From assembly GCA_013334765.1 (NCBI GenBank), contig JAAXWW010000001.1, positions 172,589 to 236,588 of the forward strand: a DNA stretch of 64,000 bases, written 5' to 3'. Origin of the DNA: Candidatus Moraniibacteriota bacterium (lineage in GTDB: Bacteria > Patescibacteriota > Minisyncoccia > Moranbacterales > UBA2206). The translations under genes and the position numbers were made by a program. Positions 39,740-49,766 of the stretch are shown here, piece by piece; position 1 is the stretch's first letter, and each line of letters opens with the position of its first letter. The notes below the pieces were generated by a model, which had not been told where the DNA came from, did no database searches, and saw only the letters and a program-made list of their open reading frames with translations.

Positions 39740-42025
39740 ATGCAAAACAAAAAGAAAGCAGGGGGAGCGAAGAAAGCCAAAGGTGAAAAATCAAAAGCCA
39801 GAAGCGTTGCTGCGAAGAAGGCTATTGTGAAAAAAACTGTTGCCAAGAAGGCGGTGGCCAAGAAGGCGGCGCCGGCTCGCAAGGAAATCGTGAGCAAGAT
39901 CCAGAAGGTCATAAAAAGAAGCGGGCAGGTGGTTCCTTTCGATAGGAACAAAATAACCAAGGCTGTCCAGAAAGCCTTCCAGTCGACGAAAGAGGGAAAT
40001 TTGAATGATGCCAAGCGGGTGAGTGACAAGGTAGTGCAGATCCTCAATAAGAATCACAAGGAGGGGTATATTCCTGAAATCGAGGAAGTGCAGGATTTGG
40101 TTGAAAGGGTGCTCATGATCCTGGATTTCGAAGAAACAGCCAAAGACTATATCCTCTATCGCGAACAGCACAGGAAGATCCGCGAAACCAACGAATCCAT
40201 TGACGACGCTGTCAATCTGGTTGAAAAATATATCCAGGAAATAGACTGGAAGGTGAAAGAGAATGCCAATATGGCATATTCCCTTCAAGGTCTTAACAAT
40301 TACATATCATCCATTGTCACTTCGAAGTATTGGATGAACCGGGTATATTCAAGACAGATTCGCGAGGCTCATGAAGGTGGCGATTTCCATATCCATGACC
40401 TTCAGCTTCTGGCAGCCTATTGCTGCGGTTGGGATCTTCAGGATCTTCTCCGCCGCGGTTTCACCGGCGTTCCGGGAAAGGTAGCCTGCAAGCCTGCCAA
40501 ACATCTGGGATCGATTCTGGGCCAGATGGTCAACTTCACCTATACGACCCAGGGAGAGGTCGCGGGGGCTCAGGCTTTCTCGAATTTCGATACCTTGCTG
40601 GCTCCGTTCATCCGGTATGACAACCTGACATTCGATGAGGTGAAGCAGGAGATCCAGTCATACGTCTTCAATATGAATGTTTCGACCCGCGTGGGGTTCC
40701 AGACTCCTTTTTCAAACATAACGCTTGATATAACCTGCCCGAAGAATCTCAAGAATGAAGCGGTCATCGTCGGAGGAGTCCCGCAGAAGGAAACTTATGG
40801 CGAATTCCAGGAAGAGATGAACATGATCAACCGGGCTTTCGCGGAAGTGATGACTGAAGGAGATTCGAACGGCCGGATATTCACTTTCCCGATCCCGACA
40901 TATAATATCGGAAAGGATTTCAATTGGAGCGACGAGCGTTTCAACCCGATCTGGGAGATGACTGCCAAATACGGGATTCCGTATTTCGCCAATTTCGTCA
41001 ATTCAGATATGGATCCGGATGATGCCAGGAGCATGTGCTGCCGCTTGAGATTGGATAATCGCGAGCTCCATAAGCGCGGAGGCGGACTTTTCGGAGCTAA
41101 TCCGCTGACCGGTTCGATCGGAGTGGTGACGATAAACCTGCCACGCCTGGGACATGTTTCCAAGAGCAAGGGAGAATTCTTCAAGAAACTCGATGCTTTG
41201 ATGGATCTGGCCAAGGAGAGTTTGGAAGTCAAAAGGGAGTTGGTTGAGAAATTCACCGAGGGAGGGCTTTATCCGTATACCAGGTTCTATCTCAGCGCTA
41301 TCAAGATGCGCCGCGGGCAGTATTGGGCGAACCATTTCTCGACGATCGGTCTTCTGGGAATGAATGAAGCGCTCCTGAACCTTATCGGCAAAGATGTGAC
41401 TACGAAGGCGGGACAGAAGCTGGCAGAAGAAATACTGGTCCATATGCGTGACAGGATCGTGAAATATCAGAAAGAAACCGGCAACCTGTACAATCTTGAA
41501 GCGACTCCGGCGGAAGGCACATCATACCGATTGGCACGCCTTGACCGCGAGAATCATCCGGAAATAATCTTCGCTAACGACAAGGTGGTCAAAGGGCAGG
41601 GTGCCGAGCCGTATTATACCAATTCATCCCAGCTGCCAGTCAATTTCACGGAAGACATTTTCGAAGCATTGGATCTTCAGGACAAACTTCAGACTAAATA
41701 TACCGGAGGAACAGTGCTGCATGGATTCTTGGGAGAGCGCCTTTGGGATATCGAGACGACCAAGAACCTGGTGAGGAAAATCGCTGAGAATTACGCGCTT
41801 CCTTATTTCACGCTCACGCCGACCTTCAGCATCTGTCCGGTGCATGGCTATCTCGAAGGGGAGCATCCGTATTGCCCGAAATGCATAGTCGAACAGAAGG
41901 CGGAAGTGTATTCCAGGGTCGTAGGGTATATCCGTCCAGTCGAGCAATGGAACAAGGGCAAGCAATGCGAATTCGGAGACAGGAAGACATTCGAAGTGAA
42001 AGCCAAAGCCAAAAGCAAAAAATAA
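39740..42025 (+). CDS. nrdD: anaerobic (class III) ribonucleoside-triphosphate reductase
   Basis: ATP cone, HIHDL, YCCG, SMCCRL, EATPAE, YSRVVGY glycyl motif. Confidence 0.96.
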   Translation: MQNKKKAGGAKKAKGEKSKARSVAAKKAIVKKTVAKKAVAKKAAPARKEIVSKIQKVIKRSGQVVPFDRNKITKAVQKAFQSTKEGNLNDAKRVSDKVVQILNKNHKEGYIPEIEEVQDLVERVLMILDFEETAKDYILYREQHRKIRETNESIDDAVNLVEKYIQEIDWKVKENANMAYSLQGLNNYISSIVTSKYWMNRVYSRQIREAHEGGDFHIHDLQLLAAYCCGWDLQDLLRRGFTGVPGKVACKPAKHLGSILGQMVNFTYTTQGEVAGAQAFSNFDTLLAPFIRYDNLTFDEVKQEIQSYVFNMNVSTRVGFQTPFSNITLDITCPKNLKNEAVIVGGVPQKETYGEFQEEMNMINRAFAEVMTEGDSNGRIFTFPIPTYNIGKDFNWSDERFNPIWEMTAKYGIPYFANFVNSDMDPDDARSMCCRLRLDNRELHKRGGGLFGANPLTGSIGVVTINLPRLGHVSKSKGEFFKKLDALMDLAKESLEVKRELVEKFTEGGLYPYTRFYLSAIKMRRGQYWANHFSTIGLLGMNEALLNLIGKDVTTKAGQKLAEEILVHMRDRIVKYQKETGNLYNLEATPAEGTSYRLARLDRENHPEIIFANDKVVKGQGAEPYYTNSSQLPVNFTEDIFEALDLQDKLQTKYTGGTVLHGFLGERLWDIETTKNLVRKIAENYALPYFTLTPTFSICPVHGYLEGEHPYCPKCIVEQKAEVYSRVVGYIRPVEQWNKGKQCEFGDRKTFEVKAKAKSKK

Positions 42026-42141
42026 TTTTTTCAGGGATTTTCCTAGGAAGCTAGCGCCTGGCAAAATTCCATAATACTAAAACAAACTAAAAAAAGCCTC
42101 TTTCATGCAAGGAATTGCATAAAAGAGACAGAAGCAAAAAT

Positions 42142-42405
42142 ATGGAACACATTTTTTGCCACGATTGCCAGAAAGAAATGGCACACGATGAGGAAGTCAT
42201 GCGTTATGAAATAGGGGGTCAGGAATATTATAAGTGCAAGAGCTGTCACGAGAAAGACCCGGTACTCAGGAATTTCCAGAAGGCCGAGGTATATTCCAGG
42301 GTCGTCGGATACATCCGCCCAGTCACTCAATGGAACCAGGGCAAGCAGGAGGAATTCAAGGATAGGAGAGAATTCGTGATGGCTGATTCCGCTTGTTGCG
42401 GTTAG
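42142..42405 (+). CDS. small zinc-ribbon protein with NrdD-like glycyl-radical C-terminus
   Basis: CHDC...CKSC then AEVYSRVVGYIRPV..WN.GKQ.EF.DR. Confidence 0.85.
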   Translation: MEHIFCHDCQKEMAHDEEVMRYEIGGQEYYKCKSCHEKDPVLRNFQKAEVYSRVVGYIRPVTQWNQGKQEEFKDRREFVMADSACCG

Positions 42406-42586
42406 TCAAGGAAAAGATGGCGGGGCGACCTAATCTTCATTGATCCGGTCGCCCTGATTTTATAAAGAAGAATTCGGAATTTTGAATTTGGAATTCAGAA
42501 TGAGAATCAAAAAAATTGAATTATTTATTATCCACATTATTGATTCCAGCAGTATTCAAAATTCAAAATCCTAAATTCAAAATCCT

Positions 42587-43282
42587 ATGCTGATAGCAGG
42601 ACATCAAAAACTCACTCTTATAGACTACCCGGGCCGGATAGCGACCACGGTCTTCACGGCCGGATGCAATTTCCGCTGCCCCTTCTGCCATAATCCGGAG
42701 CTCGTAAGCGGGATCGATATGTCAGTCGGGAGAAAGGCGGAAAAGGAATTTTTCGAGTATTTGAAAAAACGCAAAGGGAAGATCGAGGGAGTATGCATCA
42801 CTGGCGGAGAACCGACAATCCAGAAAGACATCGTCGAATTCATAAGGAAGGTGAACGATGCGGGATATCTGGTGAAATTGGACACGAACGGGCTTCGTCC
42901 GGATGTCATCAAGAAGCTCCTGGATCTGAAACTCATAGACTTCATCGCGATGGATATAAAGAATCAGCTTGATAGGTATGACGAAACGGTTGGCGTGAAA
43001 GTCGACAAAGAAAGGATAAGGCTGAGCGTGGAACTCATAATGCGAAGCGGGATAAATTATGAGTTCCGCACGACGGCTGTTCCAGGCATCCATACGGAAG
43101 AGGATTTCCTGGAAATAGCGAAATGGATCCGCGGCGCCAAAAGCTATTATCTTCAGAATTATCGCGAGGGAAGGATTCTGGATGAGAAACTGAAATTGAA
43201 GACCAAGGGAAAAACGCTCGATTTGGCTCGGATAAAGGATTTGATGAAAGATGCTGTTGATAAGATAGGGATTCGGGGGTAA
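42587..43282 (+). CDS. nrdG: anaerobic RNR activating enzyme (radical SAM)
   Basis: GCNFRCPFCHNP, ITGGEP, KLDTNG. Confidence 0.93.
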   Translation: MLIAGHQKLTLIDYPGRIATTVFTAGCNFRCPFCHNPELVSGIDMSVGRKAEKEFFEYLKKRKGKIEGVCITGGEPTIQKDIVEFIRKVNDAGYLVKLDTNGLRPDVIKKLLDLKLIDFIAMDIKNQLDRYDETVGVKVDKERIRLSVELIMRSGINYEFRTTAVPGIHTEEDFLEIAKWIRGAKSYYLQNYREGRILDEKLKLKTKGKTLDLARIKDLMKDAVDKIGIRG

Positions 43283-43345
43283 AATGGTGTGAAGGTTTCG
43301 GGTAAGCTCAGGAGCTTCCGCAATAATAAATCAAAATCTTCATTT

Positions 43346-43666
43346 ATGAAAAAATACATCGGCAAGTCATTGATTTTCGCAATAAACATATTCCTCGCGG
43401 CTATCGGGATCATGGTCATTAAGGATCATGACGAGACCGGGTCATCTGAAAAGACGGATACGCTGGTTGATCAGACCGGAATGAGCCCTGAGATCTCAGG
43501 TTCCCAGAGCGCTATCTCCGCTGATCGCGAAAACACGCTGAGGAATCTCAATAACACTCCGAGCCAGCTCAGCTCCCAGGCGGTGACTACGAAAACGACG
43601 ACCGCCAAGACGACCACCACTCCTGCGTCATCCGGCTCTTCTTCTAAAAAAACCAAGACTTCATAA
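43346..43666 (+). CDS. membrane-anchored Ser/Thr-rich small protein
   Basis: N-terminal TM, low-complexity T/S tail ending KKTKTS. Confidence 0.65.
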   Translation: MKKYIGKSLIFAINIFLAAIGIMVIKDHDETGSSEKTDTLVDQTGMSPEISGSQSAISADRENTLRNLNNTPSQLSSQAVTTKTTTAKTTTTPASSGSSSKKTKTS

Positions 43667-43670
43667 AGAC

Positions 43671-44006
43671 ATGAAACAACATAGAAACAATTATCGCTTC
43701 GCAGCCGCGCTCTTGATACCGCTGTTGCTGCTGATGTTTTCTTTTGCTCATGCCGAAGATGACGAGGAAGATGACGACGACGATCATGAATCATCCGTTT
43801 CGCGTTCGACATCATCAACTTCCACTTCTGGAAAAGACAAGATAAAAGTAGAGACCAAGGTTGATACGACCACCCAGATTATCAAGATAATGGACAGCGA
43901 CGGAGATCGGATTCCCGATGGCAGTGATCCTCATCCCAATATTTCAGAGATATACATAGTGTCGGATGATAACGGAAACGGCATAGTGGATAAGTTCGAG
44001 AAATAA
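43671..44006 (+). CDS. secreted acidic protein with Asp-rich Ca-binding-like motifs
   Basis: Signal peptide (FAHA), poly-Asp, DSDGD and DDNGNG motifs. Confidence 0.65.
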   Translation: MKQHRNNYRFAAALLIPLLLLMFSFAHAEDDEEDDDDDHESSVSRSTSSTSTSGKDKIKVETKVDTTTQIIKIMDSDGDRIPDGSDPHPNISEIYIVSDDNGNGIVDKFEK

Positions 44007-44017
44007 GGAAAAGGGAT

Positions 44018-44956
44018 ATGGATAATATTTCCGAAAAAAGATTCAAGGCGATCGGAACGGATATCCATCTTGAAATCGTTTCTCATGATGAACAGGAAGC
44101 CTCGCGAGCCATGGATGATATCAATGAGGCCCAAATCATTTATGCTGATCAAGAGAAAATATTCAGCCGGTTCGATTCCGAAAGCGAACTCGGCTTTTTT
44201 AATGTCAACTTGGGCGTATGGCATGAAGCCTCGCCTGATTTTATCGAGGTATCAAAGAAAGTCATCGCATACTATGATTTGAGCGGCGGAGTTTTTGATC
44301 CGAGAATCATCGACGTTCTGGAGGGAACAGGCTATAAGGAAAGTTTCGAGAAGAAATATTTCAAGCGTGACGATGAAAAGATATACGATGCGACATTCGA
44401 AAATAATCTCAGGGATGATTTGGCGATAGACGGAAACAGGATCATGTTCAAGGCGAGGATGGATTTTTCCGGCATAGTCAAGGGATATATAACTGACAAA
44501 ATAAGCGCTTTTTTAAAGAAGAAAGGCTGGAAGGATTTCATAGCTGATTCGGGAGGGGATATTTTTGCGGCTGGCCGCAATGAAGAAGGAAAAAAATGGA
44601 TAATAGGCTTCGAGGATCTGCCTGAAGAAAAGATGGGGATTTTCCTTGAAGGCGAAGCGGTGGCGACATCCGGTACTGGAAGGCGGAAATGGGAACTTGG
44701 CGGAAAGCATTTCCATCACCTGGTCAATCCCAAAAATCCTGAAAGCTTTTCCTTTGATCTGCGCTCGGTGAGCGTTGTCGCCAAGAGCGTTGAGGAGGCT
44801 GATTTTTGGGCCAAATATTTGTTCATACTGGGCAAGGAAGACGGAATGGAAAAAGCCAGGGAAAAGGAAATCAAGGCAGTGTTCCTGGATAGGCGCGGAA
44901 ACGCTTTCGTCACCAAAATGATCAGGGACAATGTTTTCCAGGAAAAAGGTGTATAA
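44018..44956 (+). CDS. apbE: FAD:protein FMN transferase
   Basis: FKAIGT, SRFDSESEL, DFSGIVKGY, GGDI, ATSG, HHLVNP. Confidence 0.92.
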   Translation: MDNISEKRFKAIGTDIHLEIVSHDEQEASRAMDDINEAQIIYADQEKIFSRFDSESELGFFNVNLGVWHEASPDFIEVSKKVIAYYDLSGGVFDPRIIDVLEGTGYKESFEKKYFKRDDEKIYDATFENNLRDDLAIDGNRIMFKARMDFSGIVKGYITDKISAFLKKKGWKDFIADSGGDIFAAGRNEEGKKWIIGFEDLPEEKMGIFLEGEAVATSGTGRRKWELGGKHFHHLVNPKNPESFSFDLRSVSVVAKSVEEADFWAKYLFILGKEDGMEKAREKEIKAVFLDRRGNAFVTKMIRDNVFQEKGV

Positions 44957-44968
44957 TTGAGACAGCCT

Positions 44969-45838
44969 ATGAAAAAGACATTGTATTCATTATCAATCAT
45001 TATCTGCCTGCTCTTCGCTTCAAGGGTCGCTTTTGCTGAAACAAAAATAGATTATAACGGTCAGCCGGTTTTGGACAGCGATCTGGACGGATTGACAGAT
45101 GAAGGGGAAAAGCAGATATACCGAACTGATTCGAACAATCCTGATACTGACGGCGATGGGATTCTGGATGGAGCTGAAGCGATCGGCGGCGGCGATCCGA
45201 TGGATGCCAGCAGCCCGCGCGCGAAAGAAGTCGTGACCAATAACACATATAAGATTGAGAAGGACCCTTCCTGGCCGTGGTACATTATCCGTTCCTTCGG
45301 CATGGTTTCATTCCTGCTTCTCTATGTTTCGATATTCCTTGGGATTGCGATCCGGTTTCCAGGGTTGCGGCGACTGATCAATCCGGCATATTCATTGGAT
45401 ATTCACAGGTTGATCTCGGTGCAAGCCCTGTTTTTTGCTCTTTTTCATGGCTTGGCGGGGATGTGGGACAAATATATAAACCTGACCCTTAAAGACGTTT
45501 TCATTCCGTTCGCTTCTAGCTATGAGCCTGGCATGATGGCGCTTGGCACGATCGCGATGTATCTCATGGTCGCTCTCATTGTCAGTTCATATCTCAAAAG
45601 CCGCATCCCGTACGGAGCATGGAGAGCCATTCATTCGCTGAATTTTTTCCTGTATGCCTTCTCGTTCGTTCACGCTATCCATCTGGGAACGGATCTGCAA
45701 TCCGGTGTGTTGAGAACGGTATTCATCTATGCCAATGCTTTGCTGATGGCCTTGCTTATTATGAGCATTTCGCTAAGGGCCTTTAATTCTTACAAAAGCA
45801 GGAGAGCTGAAAACTATGAGGATATACGTCAGGACTAA
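44969..45838 (+). CDS. ferric-reductase-like (MsrQ-like) membrane protein with N-terminal Asp-rich repeats
   Basis: DSDLDGLTD and DTDGDGILD repeats; TM His motifs IHR, FHG, WRAIH, VHAI..GTD. Confidence 0.8.
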   Translation: MKKTLYSLSIIICLLFASRVAFAETKIDYNGQPVLDSDLDGLTDEGEKQIYRTDSNNPDTDGDGILDGAEAIGGGDPMDASSPRAKEVVTNNTYKIEKDPSWPWYIIRSFGMVSFLLLYVSIFLGIAIRFPGLRRLINPAYSLDIHRLISVQALFFALFHGLAGMWDKYINLTLKDVFIPFASSYEPGMMALGTIAMYLMVALIVSSYLKSRIPYGAWRAIHSLNFFLYAFSFVHAIHLGTDLQSGVLRTVFIYANALLMALLIMSISLRAFNSYKSRRAENYEDIRQD

Positions 45839-46100
45839 TCCCCGTTCAAGGGAGAACAAGGTCGAGAAGCTCAATGAAGGAGAATACAAAGTGAAGCTGA
45901 CCGCTCCTCCGGTAGACGGAAAGGCGAATGAAATGCTCGTCGATCTTCTGGCCGGCCATTTTAATGTTTCAAAGAGCCAGATCAGGATTGTCGGAGGCAA
46001 GACGGCCAGGGTCAAGATGGTCGACGTCGGTATCCGCGGCAGAGCCCAGCAATCGCGCCCATCTGACCGTGTCCAGCTTCGCCCGATGCTCAAGATATAG
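45816..46100 (+). CDS. DUF167/YggU family protein
   Basis: LTAPPVDGKAN, IVGGKTARVK. Confidence 0.85.
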   Translation: MRIYVRTNPRSRENKVEKLNEGEYKVKLTAPPVDGKANEMLVDLLAGHFNVSKSQIRIVGGKTARVKMVDVGIRGRAQQSRPSDRVQLRPMLKI

Positions 46101-46157
46101 CCCGCATCCATTACGGATTTTATTTTTTCTTCATATCGCAGAGGGTAATATTCCCCT

Positions 46158-47642
46158 GTGAGCAAATCGAAAGCCTTCAGGATTTTTTCCATAAGTTTCA
46201 TATCCGGCATCGCGCTGGTTTCTTTTTGCTATCCCTTCGTTCTGGATAGCTTTTATTTTTTCTCGCTCCTGATTCCGGTTTCCATCGGGATGATCGTTTT
46301 TTATGAAAACAAGAAGGTTATGATAGCCGGACTTGCAATCCTGATGTTTATTTCGGGCGGATGGCTGGCGAACCGGAAGATTGCCGAAGCGGACAGCTTC
46401 AAGAACAATCCTCAATCGGGTTTTTCAAGAGAAGCCGAGGTCGTTTCTGATCCGGTGATGAAAGACGGATATCAGGATGTCGTCGTAAGACCCATAGGCG
46501 AGAGTTATGGGATTCTTCTTAGGGCAAGCCCCTATCAGGAATTCTCGTACGGAGAGGTGCTGAACGTGTCTGGCGCTCTGGAAGTTCCTAAGAACATGGA
46601 CGACAAGTTCGACTATCGCATGTATTTGGTGAAAGAGGGTATTTTCTATGTCTCCAAAAAACCTGACATTCGAAAAACCGGCAAGAACGACGGATCGAAG
46701 ATATTCTTCTGGATTTTGGAATTCAAGAAGCTGGTTCAAAGAAAAATCGCTTCTTCGCTTCCAGTGCCGGAGTCAGGGCTTCTGGAGGGTCTCATCATCG
46801 GAGGGAGCGCTTCGCTTCCCAAGAGCGTTCAGGAAGATTTCTCGCGGACCGGAACGACGCATATCGTGGCAGTTTCCGGGTATAACGTGACGATCGTAGC
46901 GGAATACCTGATGATGCTCGGCATCGCGGTCGGTCTTTGGCGCAGGCAGTCTTTCTGGTTCGCAACATTCGGGATCGCTGTTTTCGTTTTCATGTGCGGC
47001 TTGCCGGCTTCCGCGGTTCGGGCCGGCGTTATGGGCGTGCTCATCCTTTGGGCGATGAAGAACGGGCGGCTGGCTAATTCAGGGAATGCCATCCTTTTCG
47101 CGGCTTCCGTCATGCTCATCAGGAATCCGCTGCTTCTTCGCTATGACGCGGGATTCCAGCTTTCTTTCTTGGCGACCGCCGGAGTCATATATTTCTATCC
47201 GCTCGTTGAAAGATATTCCCGACCGTTCATGGAGGGGAAAGGGGCTGTTTGGAAAGTCCTTTTTGAAACGCTGGCGCTCACTTTTTCCGCTCAGATGCTG
47301 GTGCTGCCGATCCTGATGTATAGTTTCGGAAGCCTCTCGATCATATCGCTGCTGGTGAATCTGCTTATCCTTCCCATAATTTCCTTTTCGATGATGCTGG
47401 GATTCTTCGCTATTTCAATCAGTTTCATCTTCCATCCCGTGGCGATGCTGCTTTTCTGGCTGGCATATATCCCGCTTCGATATGAAATAGCGGTAGTCGG
47501 ATTTTTTTCCGGTCTCAAATATGCCTCGATCGAAATCGCCGATTTTCCGTGGTGGGGCGTGGCGGTTTGGTATATAATGTTGTTCGGATTGTTCAAAGCG
47601 GCTAAAATAATGATGCCTGAAAAAAGTATTTATGAATCATAG
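46158..47642 (+). CDS. comEC: ComEC/Rec2 competence membrane domain
   Basis: GTTHIVAVSGYN, ASAVRAGVM, DAGFQLSF. Confidence 0.92.
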   Translation: MSKSKAFRIFSISFISGIALVSFCYPFVLDSFYFFSLLIPVSIGMIVFYENKKVMIAGLAILMFISGGWLANRKIAEADSFKNNPQSGFSREAEVVSDPVMKDGYQDVVVRPIGESYGILLRASPYQEFSYGEVLNVSGALEVPKNMDDKFDYRMYLVKEGIFYVSKKPDIRKTGKNDGSKIFFWILEFKKLVQRKIASSLPVPESGLLEGLIIGGSASLPKSVQEDFSRTGTTHIVAVSGYNVTIVAEYLMMLGIAVGLWRRQSFWFATFGIAVFVFMCGLPASAVRAGVMGVLILWAMKNGRLANSGNAILFAASVMLIRNPLLLRYDAGFQLSFLATAGVIYFYPLVERYSRPFMEGKGAVWKVLFETLALTFSAQMLVLPILMYSFGSLSIISLLVNLLILPIISFSMMLGFFAISISFIFHPVAMLLFWLAYIPLRYEIAVVGFFSGLKYASIEIADFPWWGVAVWYIMLFGLFKAAKIMMPEKSIYES

Positions 47643-48492
47643 AAAGAAAATATATTCGGGACTGGTATTTCTTGTTGCTGTCGCTTCTATCCTTGGCGGT
47701 ATGATCGCTCATGCCAAGGACGATTCTCTCAAAGTCGTTTTTCTTGATGTTGGCCAAGGCGATGCGATCCTTATCGAACAGGGAGAAAAGCAGATCCTGA
47801 TCGATGGCGGTCCGAGCGGGAAGAGGCTGATGGAAGAGTTGGGGAAATATGTTCCGTTCTGGGATAGGAAAATCGACGTGGTGATTGCGACGCATCCGGA
47901 TTCTGACCATATCTCAGGGCTGGTCGATGTGCTCAAGAATTATGAGGTCGGTGAAATGATAAAGACTGATGCTAAAAGCGGAACCGATGTCGACAAGTCT
48001 TTGCTGGGACTGGTTTCTGATAAGAAAATCGAAAGCCAATTGGCTGAAAAGGGACTCGCCGTGAAGCTTTCCGACGAAGCGCGGCTGGACATAATCGCTC
48101 CAAGGGCTGATGAGAATGTTTCTGGAGAAAAGGACACCAATTCAGGGAGTGTAGTTGCTATGCTTATATATGGAAAGAACAAGTTTCTTTTTATGGGAGA
48201 TTTTCCGATCGAGAAAGACCCGGAATTGATTGCGGATAATCAAGATCTTGGAGCTCAGTTTCTCAAGGTTTCCCATCATGGATCTAAAAATGCCACCAGT
48301 GAGGAATTCCTGAAAGCCGTGAAGCCTGAAACTGCGATTATTTCAGTCGGAAAAGGGAACCGCTATGGTCATCCGGCTCAAGAAGCGCTCGAAAGGCTCA
48401 AAAACGCCGGAAGCGAGATTCTGCGCACGGATGAGAGGGGAGATGTGGTTTTCGAGTGCCAGGATTCGAAAAGAGAATGTGCAGTAAATTAA
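47632..48492 (+). CDS. ComEC-type metallo-beta-lactamase domain as a separate gene
   Basis: FLDVGQGD, THPDSDH, KVSHHGS, NRYGHP, RTDERG. Confidence 0.9.
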   Translation: MNHRKKIYSGLVFLVAVASILGGMIAHAKDDSLKVVFLDVGQGDAILIEQGEKQILIDGGPSGKRLMEELGKYVPFWDRKIDVVIATHPDSDHISGLVDVLKNYEVGEMIKTDAKSGTDVDKSLLGLVSDKKIESQLAEKGLAVKLSDEARLDIIAPRADENVSGEKDTNSGSVVAMLIYGKNKFLFMGDFPIEKDPELIADNQDLGAQFLKVSHHGSKNATSEEFLKAVKPETAIISVGKGNRYGHPAQEALERLKNAGSEILRTDERGDVVFECQDSKRECAVN

Positions 48493-48914
48493 AAAATATA
48501 ATTATCCTAGTCAAAAACAAATTGATTCAGAGGCTCTTATTCTGATTCGCAAGTGTATTAGGCGGCTGGATACGTTATATTTGTTCCAATTAAGACAAAA
48601 GAATTATTCGCAATGAAGTTAACCATTGCTGGCAGGAGGTTGATTCTGTACTGGAAGTTTGGATTTACCGTCTGAACTATTCAGGTCCATGTTCTCTTTT
48701 TCTTGAATTTTATTCGGGAACAGCCCGCTTCATATCTGACATCTCAGATGGGAAAAGGAAAAACTATCTTGTTTTGGGTATAAAATATCTTATTGAGGCA
48801 AATGAAAGAGGCTATCCACAAAGTGAATAGCCTCGATTTTGAACCGACCGCCTTCGGCGGAAAGGATCAATGAATAGAAGACGCGAGAGAGACAAAACTT
48901 CGAGTTCTCGAGGT

Positions 48915-49766
48915 TCAATCCTGCGGGAGAAACCCCGAGGCGGAACCGAACCGCTTGCCGGTATTGCTCGACCAGCCGGCACTGAAGTGGAGGCCGCCGT
49001 TCCAATAGAAGACGGGCGCGAACACGAACTCACCATTGCCGTCAGGAGCATATTCGTCGCCTGCACAATCGATGTTCAACTGTTCCCAGGTCTGCTCACG
49101 CTCGGGATGAGTTAAAAGCATGCACCCGTTAATGAACGACCCAAAACCGAACTCGTTGCCGACGAAGACCACTCTGGCTCTCCTGACGCTGCGTCCGCGA
49201 TAGCGAAGTCCGAATTGGGCGGGAATGATGATGATGTCGCCTTCCTGCTGCTGTTCGAACTTGGCGAGCATCTGCACGGTTCTCTCGGTCTGCCGGAGAT
49301 ACTTCTCATCCAACTGACCTTCGCGCCAGTTCTTGAACTTCCTGCTCTCGCCGAGAAGGGCCAGGACTTTCTCCACCGCTTTGCCGTAAGTGTCGGCGAT
49401 TGCCTGCCATTTCGGAGCGGCGATCCATCCTTCGGCTCCTTCAGGAAGTTTGGGAAGATTTTCAGCATACGCCAGCGCCTTCGCACCGTCCAGGTTGAAA
49501 AGATTGGAAAGCATCGCGATCTGATCGGCGAGGGACTTCAAAGCATAGCCGTTCGGATAAGTGTAGCCGGAAGCTACTTCCTCGTCGGCGTAAATACTCT
49601 TGGAAACCTTGCACAGGAATTTCACGATCCCTTTGGCAACACTTCCGTCACTTCTGATGAGCTTCAAATGCTCCATTGTTGCGCCGGCGTCTTCCAGCGC
49701 TTTCAATGTGGCACCAACCGCACCAAAACCCTCGTTCCAAAGACCACTACCGGTAGAGGTTGTCAT
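48915..49766 (-). CDS. hypothetical protein resembling a DGR target (orphan)
   Basis: C-terminus APVFYWNGGLHFSAGWSSNTGKRFGSASGFLPQ; strong GAAAGGAG SD before ATG 49766. Confidence 0.6.
   Translation of the reverse strand: MTTSTGSGLWNEGFGAVGATLKALEDAGATMEHLKLIRSDGSVAKGIVKFLCKVSKSIYADEEVASGYTYPNGYALKSLADQIAMLSNLFNLDGAKALAYAENLPKLPEGAEGWIAAPKWQAIADTYGKAVEKVLALLGESRKFKNWREGQLDEKYLRQTERTVQMLAKFEQQQEGDIIIIPAQFGLRYRGRSVRRARVVFVGNEFGFGSFINGCMLLTHPEREQTWEQLNIDCAGDEYAPDGNGEFVFAPVFYWNGGLHFSAGWSSNTGKRFGSASGFLPQD

Noticed and set aside
41894-42376. nrdD 3' end and the small downstream gene as a second VR/TR pair
   Set aside because: Differences are mostly synonymous third-position changes of all base types, not adenine-specific; this is a protein-level paralogue.
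48493-48800. AT-rich gap after comEC as a pseudogene or RNA gene
   Set aside because: No recognisable reading frame, motif or strong structure by eye; left unassigned.
48915-49050. Second target served by the TR at 5428-5557
   Set aside because: No alignment to this TR beyond a short CGCCTCG match near the 3' end.
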